A DNA stretch of 32,000 bases from Desulfotalea psychrophila LSv54 (GCF_000025945.1 NC_006138.1:3150001-3182000); one strand, 5' to 3'. Counted from the stretch's first letter, positions 8,892 to 19,240 are shown. Program-made: numbers and translations. The notes: generated from the sequence alone by a model not told the origin.

Positions 8892-10250
8892 ATGTTTGAA
8901 AATTTAACGGACAGGCTAGAGGGCGTATTTAAAAAACTTCGTGGCCATGGTAAACTGACTGAAGACAATATTCAGGATGCCATGCGTGAGGTGCGTATTG
9001 CTCTACTTGATGCCGATGTAAGCTTTAAAGTTGCTAAGCAATTTGTTGCTTCTGTGACGGAAAAGGCCATCGGACGTGAAGTTGGCAAAAGTTTATCGCC
9101 CGGACAGCAAATAATCAAAATAGTTCATGAAGAACTTGTCAGTCTCCTTGGTGGAGATACAGCTCAAATAGAGCTTGATGGCCGTCAACCTGTTGTCATT
9201 ATGATGGCAGGCCTGCAGGGCTCTGGTAAAACAACCACCTCGGGTAAACTGGCAAAAATGCTCAAAGACAAGGGACGCAGACCTTATCTTGTCCCCGCCG
9301 ATGTCTATCGACCTGCGGCAATTGAGCAGCTTCAGGTGCTTGGCGACAGACTAGATGTGCCGGTGCACCCATCAACAACAGCGACAAAGCCTGTTGATAT
9401 TTGTACCCAGGCAATTGCCGAGGCGAAGATAAAAAATTATGATACCGTCATAATTGATACCGCCGGTCGATTGCATGTGGATAATGTCCTAATGGGCGAA
9501 CTCCAAGAGATTCAAGCAGCAGTACAGCTTTCCGAGATCCTCTTCGTTGCCGACGCAATGACAGGACAGGACGCGGTAACTGTTGCCGATAAATTTAACA
9601 CAGACTTAGAAATTTCTGGTATTATCCTTACCAAGATGGAAGGTGATGCAAGAGGCGGTGCAGCCCTGTCTATTAAGACAGTTACTGGCAAGCCAATTAA
9701 GTTTGTAGGTGTTGGCGAGGCTCTTGATGCCCTTGAAGTATTCCATCCTGAACGGGTTGCCTCTCGTATTTTAGGTATGGGTGATGTCCTTACCCTTATC
9801 GAAAAAGCAGAGGCCGTTGTAGATAAAGACCAGGCCAATAAGCTTGCGCACAAATTACAAACCAATCAGTTTACGCTGGAAGATTTTCTTGACCAAATTC
9901 AACAAATCAAGAAAATGGGTTCTCTTGACCAAATTTTAAGTATGGTTCCAGGCATTAATAAGCTCAAGAAAATTAAAGATGCCCCACAACCAAATGAGAA
10001 AGAGCTCGGCAAAACAGAAGCTATTATTCGTTCCATGACACTCAAGGAACGGAGAAACCACAAGCTCATCAATACCAGTAGACGTCAGCGTATTGCAGAC
10101 GGCTCTGGAACAAGTATAACTGATGTAAACAGAGTGTTGAAAAGTTATTCAGAAATGCTGAAGATGATGAAAAAAATGCGTGGAAAGCCAGGACTTATTA
10201 CAGGCGAAAAACGCAGGAAGTTACCAAAAGGTATGAAAAAGAGAAGATAA
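8892..10250 (+). CDS. ffh: Signal recognition particle protein (SRP54/Ffh)
   Basis: MFENLTDRLEGVFKKLRGHGKLTEDN, GLQGSGKTTTSGKLA, DTAGRLHVD, TKMEGDARGGAALS, C-terminal M domain. The track ORF starts at 8808, but family similarity starts at the ATG at 8892. Confidence 0.97.
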   Translation: MFENLTDRLEGVFKKLRGHGKLTEDNIQDAMREVRIALLDADVSFKVAKQFVASVTEKAIGREVGKSLSPGQQIIKIVHEELVSLLGGDTAQIELDGRQPVVIMMAGLQGSGKTTTSGKLAKMLKDKGRRPYLVPADVYRPAAIEQLQVLGDRLDVPVHPSTTATKPVDICTQAIAEAKIKNYDTVIIDTAGRLHVDNVLMGELQEIQAAVQLSEILFVADAMTGQDAVTVADKFNTDLEISGIILTKMEGDARGGAALSIKTVTGKPIKFVGVGEALDALEVFHPERVASRILGMGDVLTLIEKAEAVVDKDQANKLAHKLQTNQFTLEDFLDQIQQIKKMGSLDQILSMVPGINKLKKIKDAPQPNEKELGKTEAIIRSMTLKERRNHKLINTSRRQRIADGSGTSITDVNRVLKSYSEMLKMMKKMRGKPGLITGEKRRKLPKGMKKRR

Positions 10251-10333
10251 CTTTGTCTCACGACAAAGATATTATTTATGATCTGTGATGTGCCGAATAT
10301 GGCGCGGGAACAATAACCGGAGGAGTTACCGGA

Positions 10334-10579
10334 ATGGCAGTACGTATTAGACTAACCAGACTTGGAAGAAAGAAGATGCCTTTTTATCGTCTTGTTGTAG
10401 CTGACAGTGAGGCTAAACGCGATGGTAAATTTCTTGATATCGTAGGAACATATGATCCTATGCAAGATCCAGCAGTTATCACCATCAACGATGAGAAGTT
10501 GCAAGATTGGGTAGGACGTGGTGCTTTGCCTACTACCACAGTCAAGAGTCTCTTGAAAAAAGCTGCTGCAAACAAGTAA
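10334..10579 (+). CDS. rpsP: 30S ribosomal protein S16
   Basis: MAVRIRLTRLGRKKMPFYRLVVADSEAKRDGKFLDIVGTYDPM. Confidence 0.98.
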   Translation: MAVRIRLTRLGRKKMPFYRLVVADSEAKRDGKFLDIVGTYDPMQDPAVITINDEKLQDWVGRGALPTTTVKSLLKKAAANK

Positions 10580-10582
10580 GAT

Positions 10583-10813
10583 ATGCAGGAACTAATAGCA
10601 CATATAGCCAAATCACTTGTTGATCATCCTGAAGAGGTGAAGGTATCTAAATCTGTTACAGATGATACCATCACCTTGGAGCTCGCGGTAGCACCCGACG
10701 ATCTCGGTAAGGGTATTGGCAAACAAGGAAGAACTGCACGAGCTATGCGTTCCATTCTTTCAGCAACAGCTGCTAAAGAAGACATGCGTTCTCGGCTTGA
10801 TATCGTCGAATAA
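10583..10813 (+). CDS. KH-domain RNA-binding protein (KhpA/YlqC family)
   Basis: 76 aa; DDLGKGIGKQGRTARAMRSILSA; position between rpsP and rimM. Confidence 0.93.
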   Translation: MQELIAHIAKSLVDHPEEVKVSKSVTDDTITLELAVAPDDLGKGIGKQGRTARAMRSILSATAAKEDMRSRLDIVE

Positions 10814-10818
10814 ATATT

Positions 10819-11364
10819 ATGAGTTCTGAATATAATTTCCCAGAGGACAAATTTGTTCTCATCGGTAAGATAGTAAAAGCTCATGGTATGCGAGGTGAAG
10901 TAAAGGTTTTTCTTTACTCTGGCCATCCAGAAAGGCTTTCTGATTATCAACAGGTATTCCTTGTTGATGAAAAAGGTGTCTTGTCACCTTCGCTTCAGGT
11001 AAATAAGAGTCGCCCCCAGGGCAAAATGGCTATTACCTTATTTGAAACAATATTTGATCGAAATCGAGCTGAACATGTTGAGGGAAGGGGGGTTCTCGTA
11101 GCAAGAGATTCCCTTCCTGAAATTGATGCAAGTGAATATTACTGGCACCAGCTTATCGGCAAAGAGGTTGTTGGTTTGGATGGAAATAGTTTTGGCAAGG
11201 TTCGCGAAATGTTTTCCAATGGAGCCCAAGATATCATGGTGGTTTCAGCTCCAAATGGTGATGAAATTCTTATACCGATAATAGCAGACATTGTTGTTGA
11301 AACAGGTGAAGAATATATTGTCATTGACCCTCCTGAGGGCCTCATTAATATGAACGAAACATAA
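10819..11364 (+). CDS. rimM: Ribosome maturation factor RimM
   Basis: [24 protein letters not shown]...[12 protein letters not shown]...[26 protein letters not shown]. Confidence 0.96.
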
Positions 11365-11368
11365 CAGT

Positions 11369-12124
11369 ATGTTATTTAACATATTGACTATCTTCCCCAA
11401 TCTCCTCTCTTCTCCCCTTGAAGAGGGCATTTTGAAAAGAGCACAAAATTCGGGAAGTATAGACGTTAACATTGTTGATATTAGGCAATATGCCTCTGAT
11501 AAACATTCCACCACGGATGCTCGCCCCTATGGCGGTGGTGAGGGAATGGTTATGAAGGCAGAGCCACTCAGCCTTGCTGTCCAAGATATCAAAAAGAAAG
11601 ATGCAGGCAGAGTAATTTTCCTCACTCCTCAGGGTAGAAAGTATACACAGAGAGTTGCCGAAGAACTTGCTCAAGAATCAAGTATTACTCTAGTCTGTGG
11701 CCGTTATGAGGGTGTTGACGAGCGTTTTTGTGAAAAATATATTGATGATGAAATATCCCTTGGAGATTTCATCTTAACTGGTGGAGAACTTGCCGCCTTA
11801 ATGGTAGTCGATTCAGTTAGTCGCATATTACCAGGAGTGCTTGGTTGTGATGCAAGTGTCACAAATGACACTTTTAGCCGTCACCTCCTCAAGCATCCTC
11901 AATATACTCGCCCTCGCATTTTTGAGGGGCTTGAAGTTCCGGACGTACTTTTATCCGGTGATCATCAGGCAATAGAAGACTATCGATTTATTGCTTCTGT
12001 TGAACGAACTTTTCATAAAAGACCTGGTCTGCTAAAAAAAGAGATCTTCAACAAAAGAGAGAAAAAATTGCTCAAGCAACATAATTTGTACTCCAAAATA
12101 GTTGCCTTGCAAGATATTGACTGA
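11369..12124 (+). CDS. trmD: tRNA (guanine-N1)-methyltransferase
   Basis: [64 protein letters not shown]. Confidence 0.97.
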
Positions 12125-12125
12125 T

Positions 12126-12698
12126 ATGGTTACTTTAGGCGCAAAAAATGTTTCAATTGCTCTGGTTCACCACCCAGTTGTAAATAAAGTTGGAGAAATA
12201 ATCGGTTCTGCCGTGACAAATCTGGATCTTCATGATATAGCCAGAGTTGCGCGGACGTATGGTGTGGGCCAATATTATTTAACCACCCCCTACGAGGATC
12301 AACAAAAACTCATTGGTGAAATCATTGCTCACTGGCAAACAGGACATGGGGGAACCTATAATCCTGCTCGCAAAGAGGCCCTGAGCATTGTTTCAATGGC
12401 TGGATCAATTGATGCTGTAATTGAAACAATAGAGCAGCAACATGGGCGTAAACCCACTGTTATTGCTACCAGTGCAAAGGTAAGTGAAAATACACTTGCC
12501 TATGATAAAGTTCGGGAGAAATTAGGCCTTAACGAGCCCATACTTCTCCTATTTGGCACGGCTCATGGCCTCGCTCCTGAAGTGATGAATCGTGTTGATT
12601 TTGTTCTGCCACCTATTGACGGTGGAACAGATTATAATCACCTTCCTGTACGAGCTGCCGTTGCTATAATCATGGACAGATTGCTTGGCTGGGAATAG
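12126..12698 (+). CDS. Predicted SAM-dependent RNA methyltransferase (SPOUT-like, PF09936/COG4752-type)
   Basis: [59 protein letters not shown]...[14 protein letters not shown]...[31 protein letters not shown] at 12126 is 1 nt after the trmD stop codon. Confidence 0.85.
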   Translation: MVTLGAKNVSIALVHHPVVNKVGEIIGSAVTNLDLHDIARVARTYGVGQYYLTTPYEDQQKLIGEIIAHWQTGHGGTYNPARKEALSIVSMAGSIDAVIETIEQQHGRKPTVIATSAKVSENTLAYDKVREKLGLNEPILLLFGTAHGLAPEVMNRVDFVLPPIDGGTDYNHLPVRAAVAIIMDRLLGWE

Positions 12699-12757
12699 TC
12701 GTTAACAAACCAAGTAACTGGTATTTACCAAAAAATATAACCACTATAAAAAACGCT

Positions 12758-13111
12758 ATGAGCATAATAATAGACAGAATTAATCAAGAGCAGATGCGTC
12801 AAGATCACCCAGATTTTCGTCCAGGTGACACCGTAGCAGTACATATTCGCATCATTGAGGGAAGTAAAGAAAGGGTTCAGCTTTTTCAAGGCGTTGTAAT
12901 CAAACGTCAAAAAGGCACCATGGATGCTTCTTACACCGTACGTAAAATCTCCCACGGTGTTGGCGTTGAGAAGACCTTCGCACTGCACAATCCACGTATC
13001 GAGAAGATCGAGGTTATCACCCGTGGTCGTGTACGTCGTTCACGTCTCTACTATCTCCGTGATCTTCGCGGTAAGGCTGCACGTATTCGTGAGCGCAGTC
13101 TCAGACGTTAA
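12758..13111 (+). CDS. rplS: 50S ribosomal protein L19
   Basis: [32 protein letters not shown]...[33 protein letters not shown]. Confidence 0.97.
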   Translation: MSIIIDRINQEQMRQDHPDFRPGDTVAVHIRIIEGSKERVQLFQGVVIKRQKGTMDASYTVRKISHGVGVEKTFALHNPRIEKIEVITRGRVRRSRLYYLRDLRGKAARIRERSLRR

Positions 13112-13122
13112 GAATAGCATTA

Positions 13123-13165
13123 TTCAAAACAGTGTTTTTCTCTTTGAGGAGAGCACTGTTTTGAA
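13123..13165 (+). promoter_or_regulatory. Strong hairpin downstream of rplS (possible terminator/attenuator or processing site)
   Basis: 12-bp perfect inverted repeat TTCAAAACAGTG (13123-13134) / CACTGTTTTGAA (13154-13165); an immediate U-tract is absent, but T-rich stretches follow (13173-13178 and 13225-13233). Confidence 0.55.
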
Positions 13166-13252
13166 CTCTTCATATTTTTTCCCAGCCAGGTGGATCCTCC
13201 ATCCTGTTTTGCACTTACAGGTGCTTTTTTTTTGCATTGCAAGTGAGTCTTT

Positions 13253-13930
13253 ATGAAAGACATCATCCCTCTTTTATCCCAGCTCCCGCAGGACAATTTT
13301 TTTCTTGAACGATCTCTTCATAATCTTGGCTATGATATCATAGCTGGCACCGATGAAGTGGGTCGAGGCCCCCTTGCTGGACCTGTCATTGCCGCGGCTG
13401 TGATTTTGCCGGCAGACTGCGACCATCATCTGTTTCAGGATTCAAAAATTCTCAGCCACAAAAAACGAGTTCATCTCTTTCAACTACTCACGGAAATAGA
13501 TGCCTTCATTGGTATCGGCACCGTATCTGAAAAAATTATTGATGAGATAAACATCCTTCAGGCATCTCTCTTAGCCATGAAACTGGCCATCGAGGACCTT
13601 GCGTCCAACTGTTCACGGCCGAGCTTTCTTCTTGTTGACGGCAAGTTTAAAGTGCCCATTGATCTCGCTCAAGTTGCTCTGATCAAAGGAGAATCCAAGA
13701 GTGCCTCCATCGCCGCCGCAAGTATTGTGGCCAAGGTGACCCGGGACAGATACATGCAAGATCTGCATAGCCAATATCCCCAATATGGTTTTAATACCAA
13801 TAGTGGCTATCCCACCAAAAAACACCGTGAGGCAATCGGGGAATTTGGCATCACCTGTTATCATCGCAGATCTTTTAAGGGAGTAAAAGAGTATGTCGAT
13901 ATTTCGCAAGAAAAAGGGGGCAGAGGGTGA
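13253..13930 (+). CDS. rnhB: Ribonuclease HII
   Basis: [63 protein letters not shown]. Confidence 0.96.
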
Positions 13931-14279
13931 GTACCTCGCCTGCCGCTTCCTAAAAAAACAGGGTTATGTCATTCTGCAAAAAAACTACAGGAAAAAATAT
14001 GGGGAAATTGATATTATTGCCCAAGAAGGTGGAGATCTTGTCTTTGTTGAGGTGAAAACAAGATCAAACAGTGATTGGGGAAGTCCTGTTGCCGCTGTTA
14101 CCAAACAAAAACAACGGAAAATCATCAGAGTTGCTCAAACATATCTTGCCGAAACAGAATTATTTGATGAGGCAATCCGTTTTGATGTCATCGGAATTAT
14201 TTTAGATGAAAACTCTCCACCAATATTTGAACTTATCCATAATGCCTTTGAGCTAGAAAAATTCAATGGCATCTTCTGA
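13893..14279 (+). CDS. yraN: UPF0102 (YraN) family endonuclease-like protein
   Basis: [52 protein letters not shown]; overlaps the rnhB 3' end. Confidence 0.92.
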
Positions 14280-14306
14280 TAAATCACCTGCAAACAGGTA
14301 ACCAAT

Positions 14307-15305
14307 ATGCAAAACCAAGCTCCCCTGCCCCTCGCCATTACAATGGGTTGCCCCTCTAGTATCGGCCCTGAGATAATCTTAAAAAATTTCCTTCACAAAA
14401 CAGAACAACGGGCAAATATTGTCCTTGGCGATATAGGTATTCTGAAAAAGGCAGCTCAGGAATTAGGCCTCAATGTCCCCATCACTGCCTGGCAACCAGG
14501 AGAACAGATAGAGCAACAGTCCCTTCTCGTTATGCCTCTCTCCAATATTAAAAAGCATATATGGGGAGCACCCGACCACGCCTCCGGAACGGCAATGGCC
14601 TCCTATATTACCAAGGCTGTAGAGATGACCCAGGCAGGAATATTCTCAGGCATCGTTACCTGCCCTATATCCAAGGCATCTCTGAATCAGGCAGGCTTCC
14701 ATTTTCCCGGCCATACAGAAATGCTCGCCTCCTTGACCAGCACAGAGAAAGTTGGCATGATGATGGCAGGCGACCGACTCCGAGTTACCCTTGTTACCCT
14801 TCACTGTCCACTTGCGACAGTGGCCGCCCAGTTGAGCGTGCCCAGGGTGCTGGAGATGATCAGGATAACCCATACCAGTCTTCAGGATGATCTGGGTTTT
14901 AAAATGCCTCGGATTGGCGTGGCAGCACTCAATCCCCACGCCGGTGAGGGCGGACTTTTCGGCAATGAAGAGGCAACAACCCTCATGCCTGCCATAGAAC
15001 AGGCCAGAGCAGAGGGAATAAAGGTAAGTGAGCCTTTACCCCCAGACACCGTTTTTGTTAAGGCCATTGCCGGAGAATTTGATGCCGTGGTCTGTATGTA
15101 CCACGATCAAGGACTCATTCCCTTCAAGCTCATCCACTTTGAAGATGGTGTAAACGTTACCTTGGGTCTCCCCATCGTTCGCACCTCTGTGGACCATGGC
15201 ACTGCCTATGACATTGCAGGAAGGGGTATTGCCAGCCACAGTAGCCTAGCCGCAGCAATTGAACTTGCAGAACAGATCACCATCCATAGACAACAAAATT
15301 TATAG
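14307..15305 (+). CDS. pdxA: 4-hydroxythreonine-4-phosphate dehydrogenase
   Basis: PLAITMGCPSSIGPEIIL, PISKASLNQAGFHFPGHTEMLA, ALNPHAGEGGLFGNEE, CMYHDQGLIPFKLIHFEDGVNVTLGLPIVRTSVDHGTAYDIAG. Confidence 0.96.
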   Translation: MQNQAPLPLAITMGCPSSIGPEIILKNFLHKTEQRANIVLGDIGILKKAAQELGLNVPITAWQPGEQIEQQSLLVMPLSNIKKHIWGAPDHASGTAMASYITKAVEMTQAGIFSGIVTCPISKASLNQAGFHFPGHTEMLASLTSTEKVGMMMAGDRLRVTLVTLHCPLATVAAQLSVPRVLEMIRITHTSLQDDLGFKMPRIGVAALNPHAGEGGLFGNEEATTLMPAIEQARAEGIKVSEPLPPDTVFVKAIAGEFDAVVCMYHDQGLIPFKLIHFEDGVNVTLGLPIVRTSVDHGTAYDIAGRGIASHSSLAAAIELAEQITIHRQQNL

Positions 15306-15320
15306 GTTTTACGGTATAAA

Positions 15321-15929
15321 ATGAGTAACAATCCTGGAAAATTAATTATCTTTGAGGGCACAGACGGCGCTGGGAAATCTACCCAGATAAAGATGCTTGC
15401 CAACTACCTTCGTAGTAAAGGTCTTGATGTTATAGCCAGCTTCGAACCAACAAATGGGCCCTATGGGCAAAAAATACGACAGCTCTATACAGACCGGAAC
15501 AAGGTCACCAGAAACGAAGAGCTGGAGCTTTTTTTAGCCGACCGCCGAGAACACGTCAATAAACTTATCAACCCCGCAATCAGTGCTGGAAAAATAGTTC
15601 TCTGTGACAGATACTATCTCTCCACCGCGGCCTATCAGGGCGCACTAGGTTTTGATGTTGAAGAGATACTTCAGCGTAACAGCTTTGCCCCCACCCCTGA
15701 TCTGGCCCTTCTTCTGCAAATTCCCGTAGAGGATGGCAGAAGGCGTATTACCAGTTCACGAGGGGAAGAAACTAATGATTTCGAAAAGGCGGAGATGCTT
15801 GAAAAGGTATCTACTATTTTCAATTCTCTCTCCTTTCCCTATATACGCCACATTAACGCCTGCCAATCCATAGATAATGTCCAAAGAGATATCATAATGC
15901 AGGTCAAACAATTATTAAAAATGGCATAA
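15321..15929 (+). CDS. tmk: Thymidylate kinase
   Basis: PGKLIIFEGTDGAGKSTQIKMLANYL, CDRYYLSTAAYQG. Confidence 0.96.
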   Translation: MSNNPGKLIIFEGTDGAGKSTQIKMLANYLRSKGLDVIASFEPTNGPYGQKIRQLYTDRNKVTRNEELELFLADRREHVNKLINPAISAGKIVLCDRYYLSTAAYQGALGFDVEEILQRNSFAPTPDLALLLQIPVEDGRRRITSSRGEETNDFEKAEMLEKVSTIFNSLSFPYIRHINACQSIDNVQRDIIMQVKQLLKMA

Positions 15930-15933
15930 CTCT

Positions 15934-17652
15934 ATGGGTAAACGGTCTCTTCTTATCATCTGCGCCCTGCCCCTACTGATCTCCTGTAGCGCAATAACTA
16001 CGGAAAGGTCAACGACACCAGCCAGTATCCAAGAGGAGAATGGGCAGATTTGCGCCTATTCCTCCTTTTTGAAGGCACACACAGAAGAGCTGAACTCTAA
16101 TTACGAAAATGCCCTCCAGTACTACCAAGAGGCCCTGATCTGTGATCCAGGATCAATCTACATACAAAACAAACTGCCTCTAATGATGATCAAGATGGGA
16201 GCTTTTGAAGAGGCAAGAATCTGGATAGAAAACAATATGACTACCCAGCAGGACAAAATTTTTCTCTCTCTCCTCTTGGCCAGACTCTATAGCGAAACAG
16301 GAAATCCGGAACGGGCAACAGATATATATAATCACCTTCTCAAAGAAAAAGAGACTACAAATATACTTCTTCGCCTCGCCCTTCTCTATCACAACCTTGG
16401 CCAATATCGACAGGCCGAGGCTGTCTACTATAGAATTCTCCATACCAACAATGACTCCTATCTTGCCCATCTCTATCTTGCCCAAAATCTCTTCGCCGAC
16501 AATCAACTACAAAAGGCAGCAACCCATTATGAAAAGGCTCTTAAACTGGAGTGGTCAATACCTCTGGCCTATGAGGTGGGCAATTTTTACACTGAGTTAA
16601 GCGACTATGAACAGAGCCTGGCCCTCTATAATAAAATTTTGCTGACAGACCAGAGCGAAGAGCTTGCCTTTTCCCTGAAATTACTCTCTCTATTGCAAAT
16701 AAAAAAAACAGAGCAAGCCCTCAAAGAACTCAATAATAGACGGAGCTATAGCGAAAACCCGGAGTATCTTGATTTGCTGGTCAGCCAGACCCTACTGGCC
16801 AAAGGACAGACAGTTCAGGCAGAAAAATTGCTTGAAGAGATGATTCCCCGCTACTCCTCAGGTAAGGCCGCACTGACCCTCTCTATCCTTGCCTACGAAA
16901 AACAACAGTATAATAAAGCATTGCAATGGCTTCGCTATATAAAAAATAACGATACAAGCTATGAACAGTCTATCCATCTACGTTTGCAAATCTTGTTCCA
17001 AATAAACCAATTTTCTCAGGCTATAAAAATCATAAACGCTCAAATAAAAGCAGAGAACACTCCTTATTGGTACAAGTTACTAGCAGCCACCTACAGCCAA
17101 AGTAAAAATGAGAAAATGGCAGAACAGACATATCGTCATGGCTTAAAGGAGTTCCCCGTTGATCCGGATATTTCGTATGCCTATGCCCTCTTTCTCGATA
17201 AAAAGGAACGCTTTTCTGAAGCGGTTGACCTCATGCTAGAGGTCCTGAAAAAAAACAGTGCAAATGTGCAGGCCCTTAATTTTATTGGTTACACCTGGGC
17301 AAATAACGAAATAAACCTCCCCCAAGCAAAAATATACCTACAAAAGGCTGCCAGATTACTGCCCGAGAATGGCTTTATCCACGATAGTCTGGGCTGGTGC
17401 TATTATAAATTAGGCGAATGGGACATGGCCCTGACCGAACTGCAAAAAGCCCACAAAATAGAACCTCAGGATCCCTTTATTGCCGAGCATCTGGGCGATA
17501 CCTATCTCCGCTTGCAGGATTACGAAAATGCGATAATAATATACAGATCTGCGCTCAAACTCTATAAAGAGAGAGACATCCGCCAAAAAGAAATCTTCCT
17601 CAAAGAAAAAATAGGGCACATCCTCAGCCAAGCTCAAGAAAACAGACCATGA
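15934..17652 (+). CDS. Tetratricopeptide-repeat lipoprotein
   Basis: 572 aa; lipobox-like LPLLISCSAIT; multiple TPR units (ALQLYNKILLTDQSEEL..., VQALNFIGYTWANNEINLPQAKIYLQKAARLLPENGFIHDSLGWCYYKLGEWDMALTELQKAHKIEPQDPFIAEHLGDTYL). Confidence 0.88.
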   Translation: MGKRSLLIICALPLLISCSAITTERSTTPASIQEENGQICAYSSFLKAHTEELNSNYENALQYYQEALICDPGSIYIQNKLPLMMIKMGAFEEARIWIENNMTTQQDKIFLSLLLARLYSETGNPERATDIYNHLLKEKETTNILLRLALLYHNLGQYRQAEAVYYRILHTNNDSYLAHLYLAQNLFADNQLQKAATHYEKALKLEWSIPLAYEVGNFYTELSDYEQSLALYNKILLTDQSEELAFSLKLLSLLQIKKTEQALKELNNRRSYSENPEYLDLLVSQTLLAKGQTVQAEKLLEEMIPRYSSGKAALTLSILAYEKQQYNKALQWLRYIKNNDTSYEQSIHLRLQILFQINQFSQAIKIINAQIKAENTPYWYKLLAATYSQSKNEKMAEQTYRHGLKEFPVDPDISYAYALFLDKKERFSEAVDLMLEVLKKNSANVQALNFIGYTWANNEINLPQAKIYLQKAARLLPENGFIHDSLGWCYYKLGEWDMALTELQKAHKIEPQDPFIAEHLGDTYLRLQDYENAIIIYRSALKLYKERDIRQKEIFLKEKIGHILSQAQENRP

Positions 17653-18461
17653 TATTCTTCCCACGCCTGCCAAAGTCATCGATCCTCTTTTGCCTGTTAC
17701 TCCCCCTACTCCTAAGCTCCTGTAGTAGTGTCCCCTGGCAGAGCAAGACCTTAATCCTTAAACTAGACCCAGCCTATGAGGAGTACCAGAGACAATTTGC
17801 TGATATACAACGGGCACAGAGGGCAATAAATCCAAGCTTTGATGCCGAGGCCCGTATTGAAATCACCAGTAGCCTTAAAAACAAAAAATTCGCAGGCTAT
17901 CTGGCCATTCTCTCACCATCTTATATAAAATTTGTTCTTTCAAGTCCCCTGGGCCAGCCTCTTGTGGTTGCAACAGGTGACGGGCAAAACTGGCAAACAA
18001 TCAACACCCAAAGCAAGAGCTATCAACGAGATAAAATAAGCCAATTTCTAAGGGATCAAGATCTGCCGAAGGAGATAGCCCAAATTGGCCTAGCCAATAT
18101 TCTCTCCGCTCAAATAGGCAGAGGCTTTAATCCTCCATGGGCTCTTAAAGATGATAAGAAGAATCGCGGCATATGGTACGCACCTCTAAGTGGGACAACA
18201 GCTGAACACATTCTCGTTGATTATCGCGGCAGAAAAATTATTGGCAGGACAATAGGATCCACAGAGAAACAACAAATTGTGATTCTCTATGATGACTGGA
18301 CAGTCATTGACGGTTATGAAATCCCTAGCCTTATAACCATCTCAGGACTCTCCTATGGAGCTGAAATAAAAATCATATTAACAGAGATCATTGCTCAACC
18401 ACGATTGCAGAAAACAAGCTTTCAAATAGTCCCCCCACCGGGCTTTCGCCAAAGCTCCTGA
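17649..18461 (+). CDS. Putative outer-membrane lipoprotein (LolB/DUF4292-like fold)
   Basis: LLLPLLLSSCSSVPW lipobox; FDAEARIEITSSLKNKKFAGYLAILSPSYIKFVLSSPLGQPLVVATGDGQNWQ resembles the LolB/LppM-like outer-membrane lipoprotein core; 4-nt overlap with the TPR gene. Confidence 0.6.
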   Translation: MIFFPRLPKSSILFCLLLPLLLSSCSSVPWQSKTLILKLDPAYEEYQRQFADIQRAQRAINPSFDAEARIEITSSLKNKKFAGYLAILSPSYIKFVLSSPLGQPLVVATGDGQNWQTINTQSKSYQRDKISQFLRDQDLPKEIAQIGLANILSAQIGRGFNPPWALKDDKKNRGIWYAPLSGTTAEHILVDYRGRKIIGRTIGSTEKQQIVILYDDWTVIDGYEIPSLITISGLSYGAEIKIILTEIIAQPRLQKTSFQIVPPPGFRQSS

Positions 18462-19240
18462 TCATTGGAGACGTTTTTCGCCTCACCGGTGACAATAAGA
18501 GAAAAGGTATTACCTTGTCTGTTAACAGACTGCCCTATGTTGTAAATATAATTGGGTTTAAAGGTTATAATGGTTTCGAACTGTTCCGAACTGTATTGGA
18601 GAGGGCTGTAAATACTTTCAATATACTTACTTCCATCCAATAGGGTCACAGCCCGTATATCATCCCCCGGGGAAACGGCTGTAAATTGGCAAAACACACG
18701 TAACTTCCCATTTTTTTCTGCCCCCACAACGGGCATAACGAACTTATCAAGACAAAAGACAATCTCTTCTGATTGGGAAGATTTTAAATGTGTTATGCCA
18801 AGAAGGACAAGACCTACAGGAGAGGGCTGAACTGAATATTTTTCCTGACGAAGTACCTTCTTCATCCCCCTGCCAATTCTTTTCAGGCGAGGTGAATAGA
18901 CGGATATTCCCCGACCATTAGGCGTATTTTCTGTTATGGTAGGAGCTGGCGTCTGGCTTTTCTTACGTGGCAAACGAGTTACCCTGATAAGAGGATATTC
19001 TATTTTCCTCTCTTTAGCAGGACTAGCCTGTTCACTCTCGTCTTGAACCTGACAAGTACTGTTCTTATTTAAACTTCCAAGAGAAAGATCAACAGGGATA
19101 CGTATCTTTCTGGCCTTGGGTGTCGCGTGAATCACGGTCACAGCTTCGGCAGGGGAGGGGTTAAAAGCAAATATTGGCGATAAGATTGACAATACCAGCA
19201 AAAAACAAAATCTCCCTAAAACAAGGTCTTTCTTTTTCAT
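18422..19240 (-). CDS. Secreted protein of unknown function
   Basis: 272 aa ORF with signal peptide MKKKDLVLGRFCFLLVLSILSPIFAFNPSPAEA; no family recognised; 3' end overlaps the convergent lipoprotein gene by 40 bp. Confidence 0.65.
   Translation of the reverse strand: MKKKDLVLGRFCFLLVLSILSPIFAFNPSPAEAVTVIHATPKARKIRIPVDLSLGSLNKNSTCQVQDESEQASPAKERKIEYPLIRVTRLPRKKSQTPAPTITENTPNGRGISVYSPRLKRIGRGMKKVLRQEKYSVQPSPVGLVLLGITHLKSSQSEEIVFCLDKFVMPVVGAEKNGKLRVFCQFTAVSPGDDIRAVTLLDGSKYIESIYSPLQYSSEQFETIITFKPNYIYNIGQSVNRQGNTFSLIVTGEAKNVSNDQELWRKPGGGTI

Noticed and set aside
13893-13930. rnhB/yraN overlap as evidence of a fusion or frameshift
   Set aside because: Both proteins are complete relative to their families; a short overlap is ordinary in this compact gene run.
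14561-14890. Alternative-frame ORF within pdxA
   Set aside because: Fully contained in the conserved pdxA frame with no homology signal.
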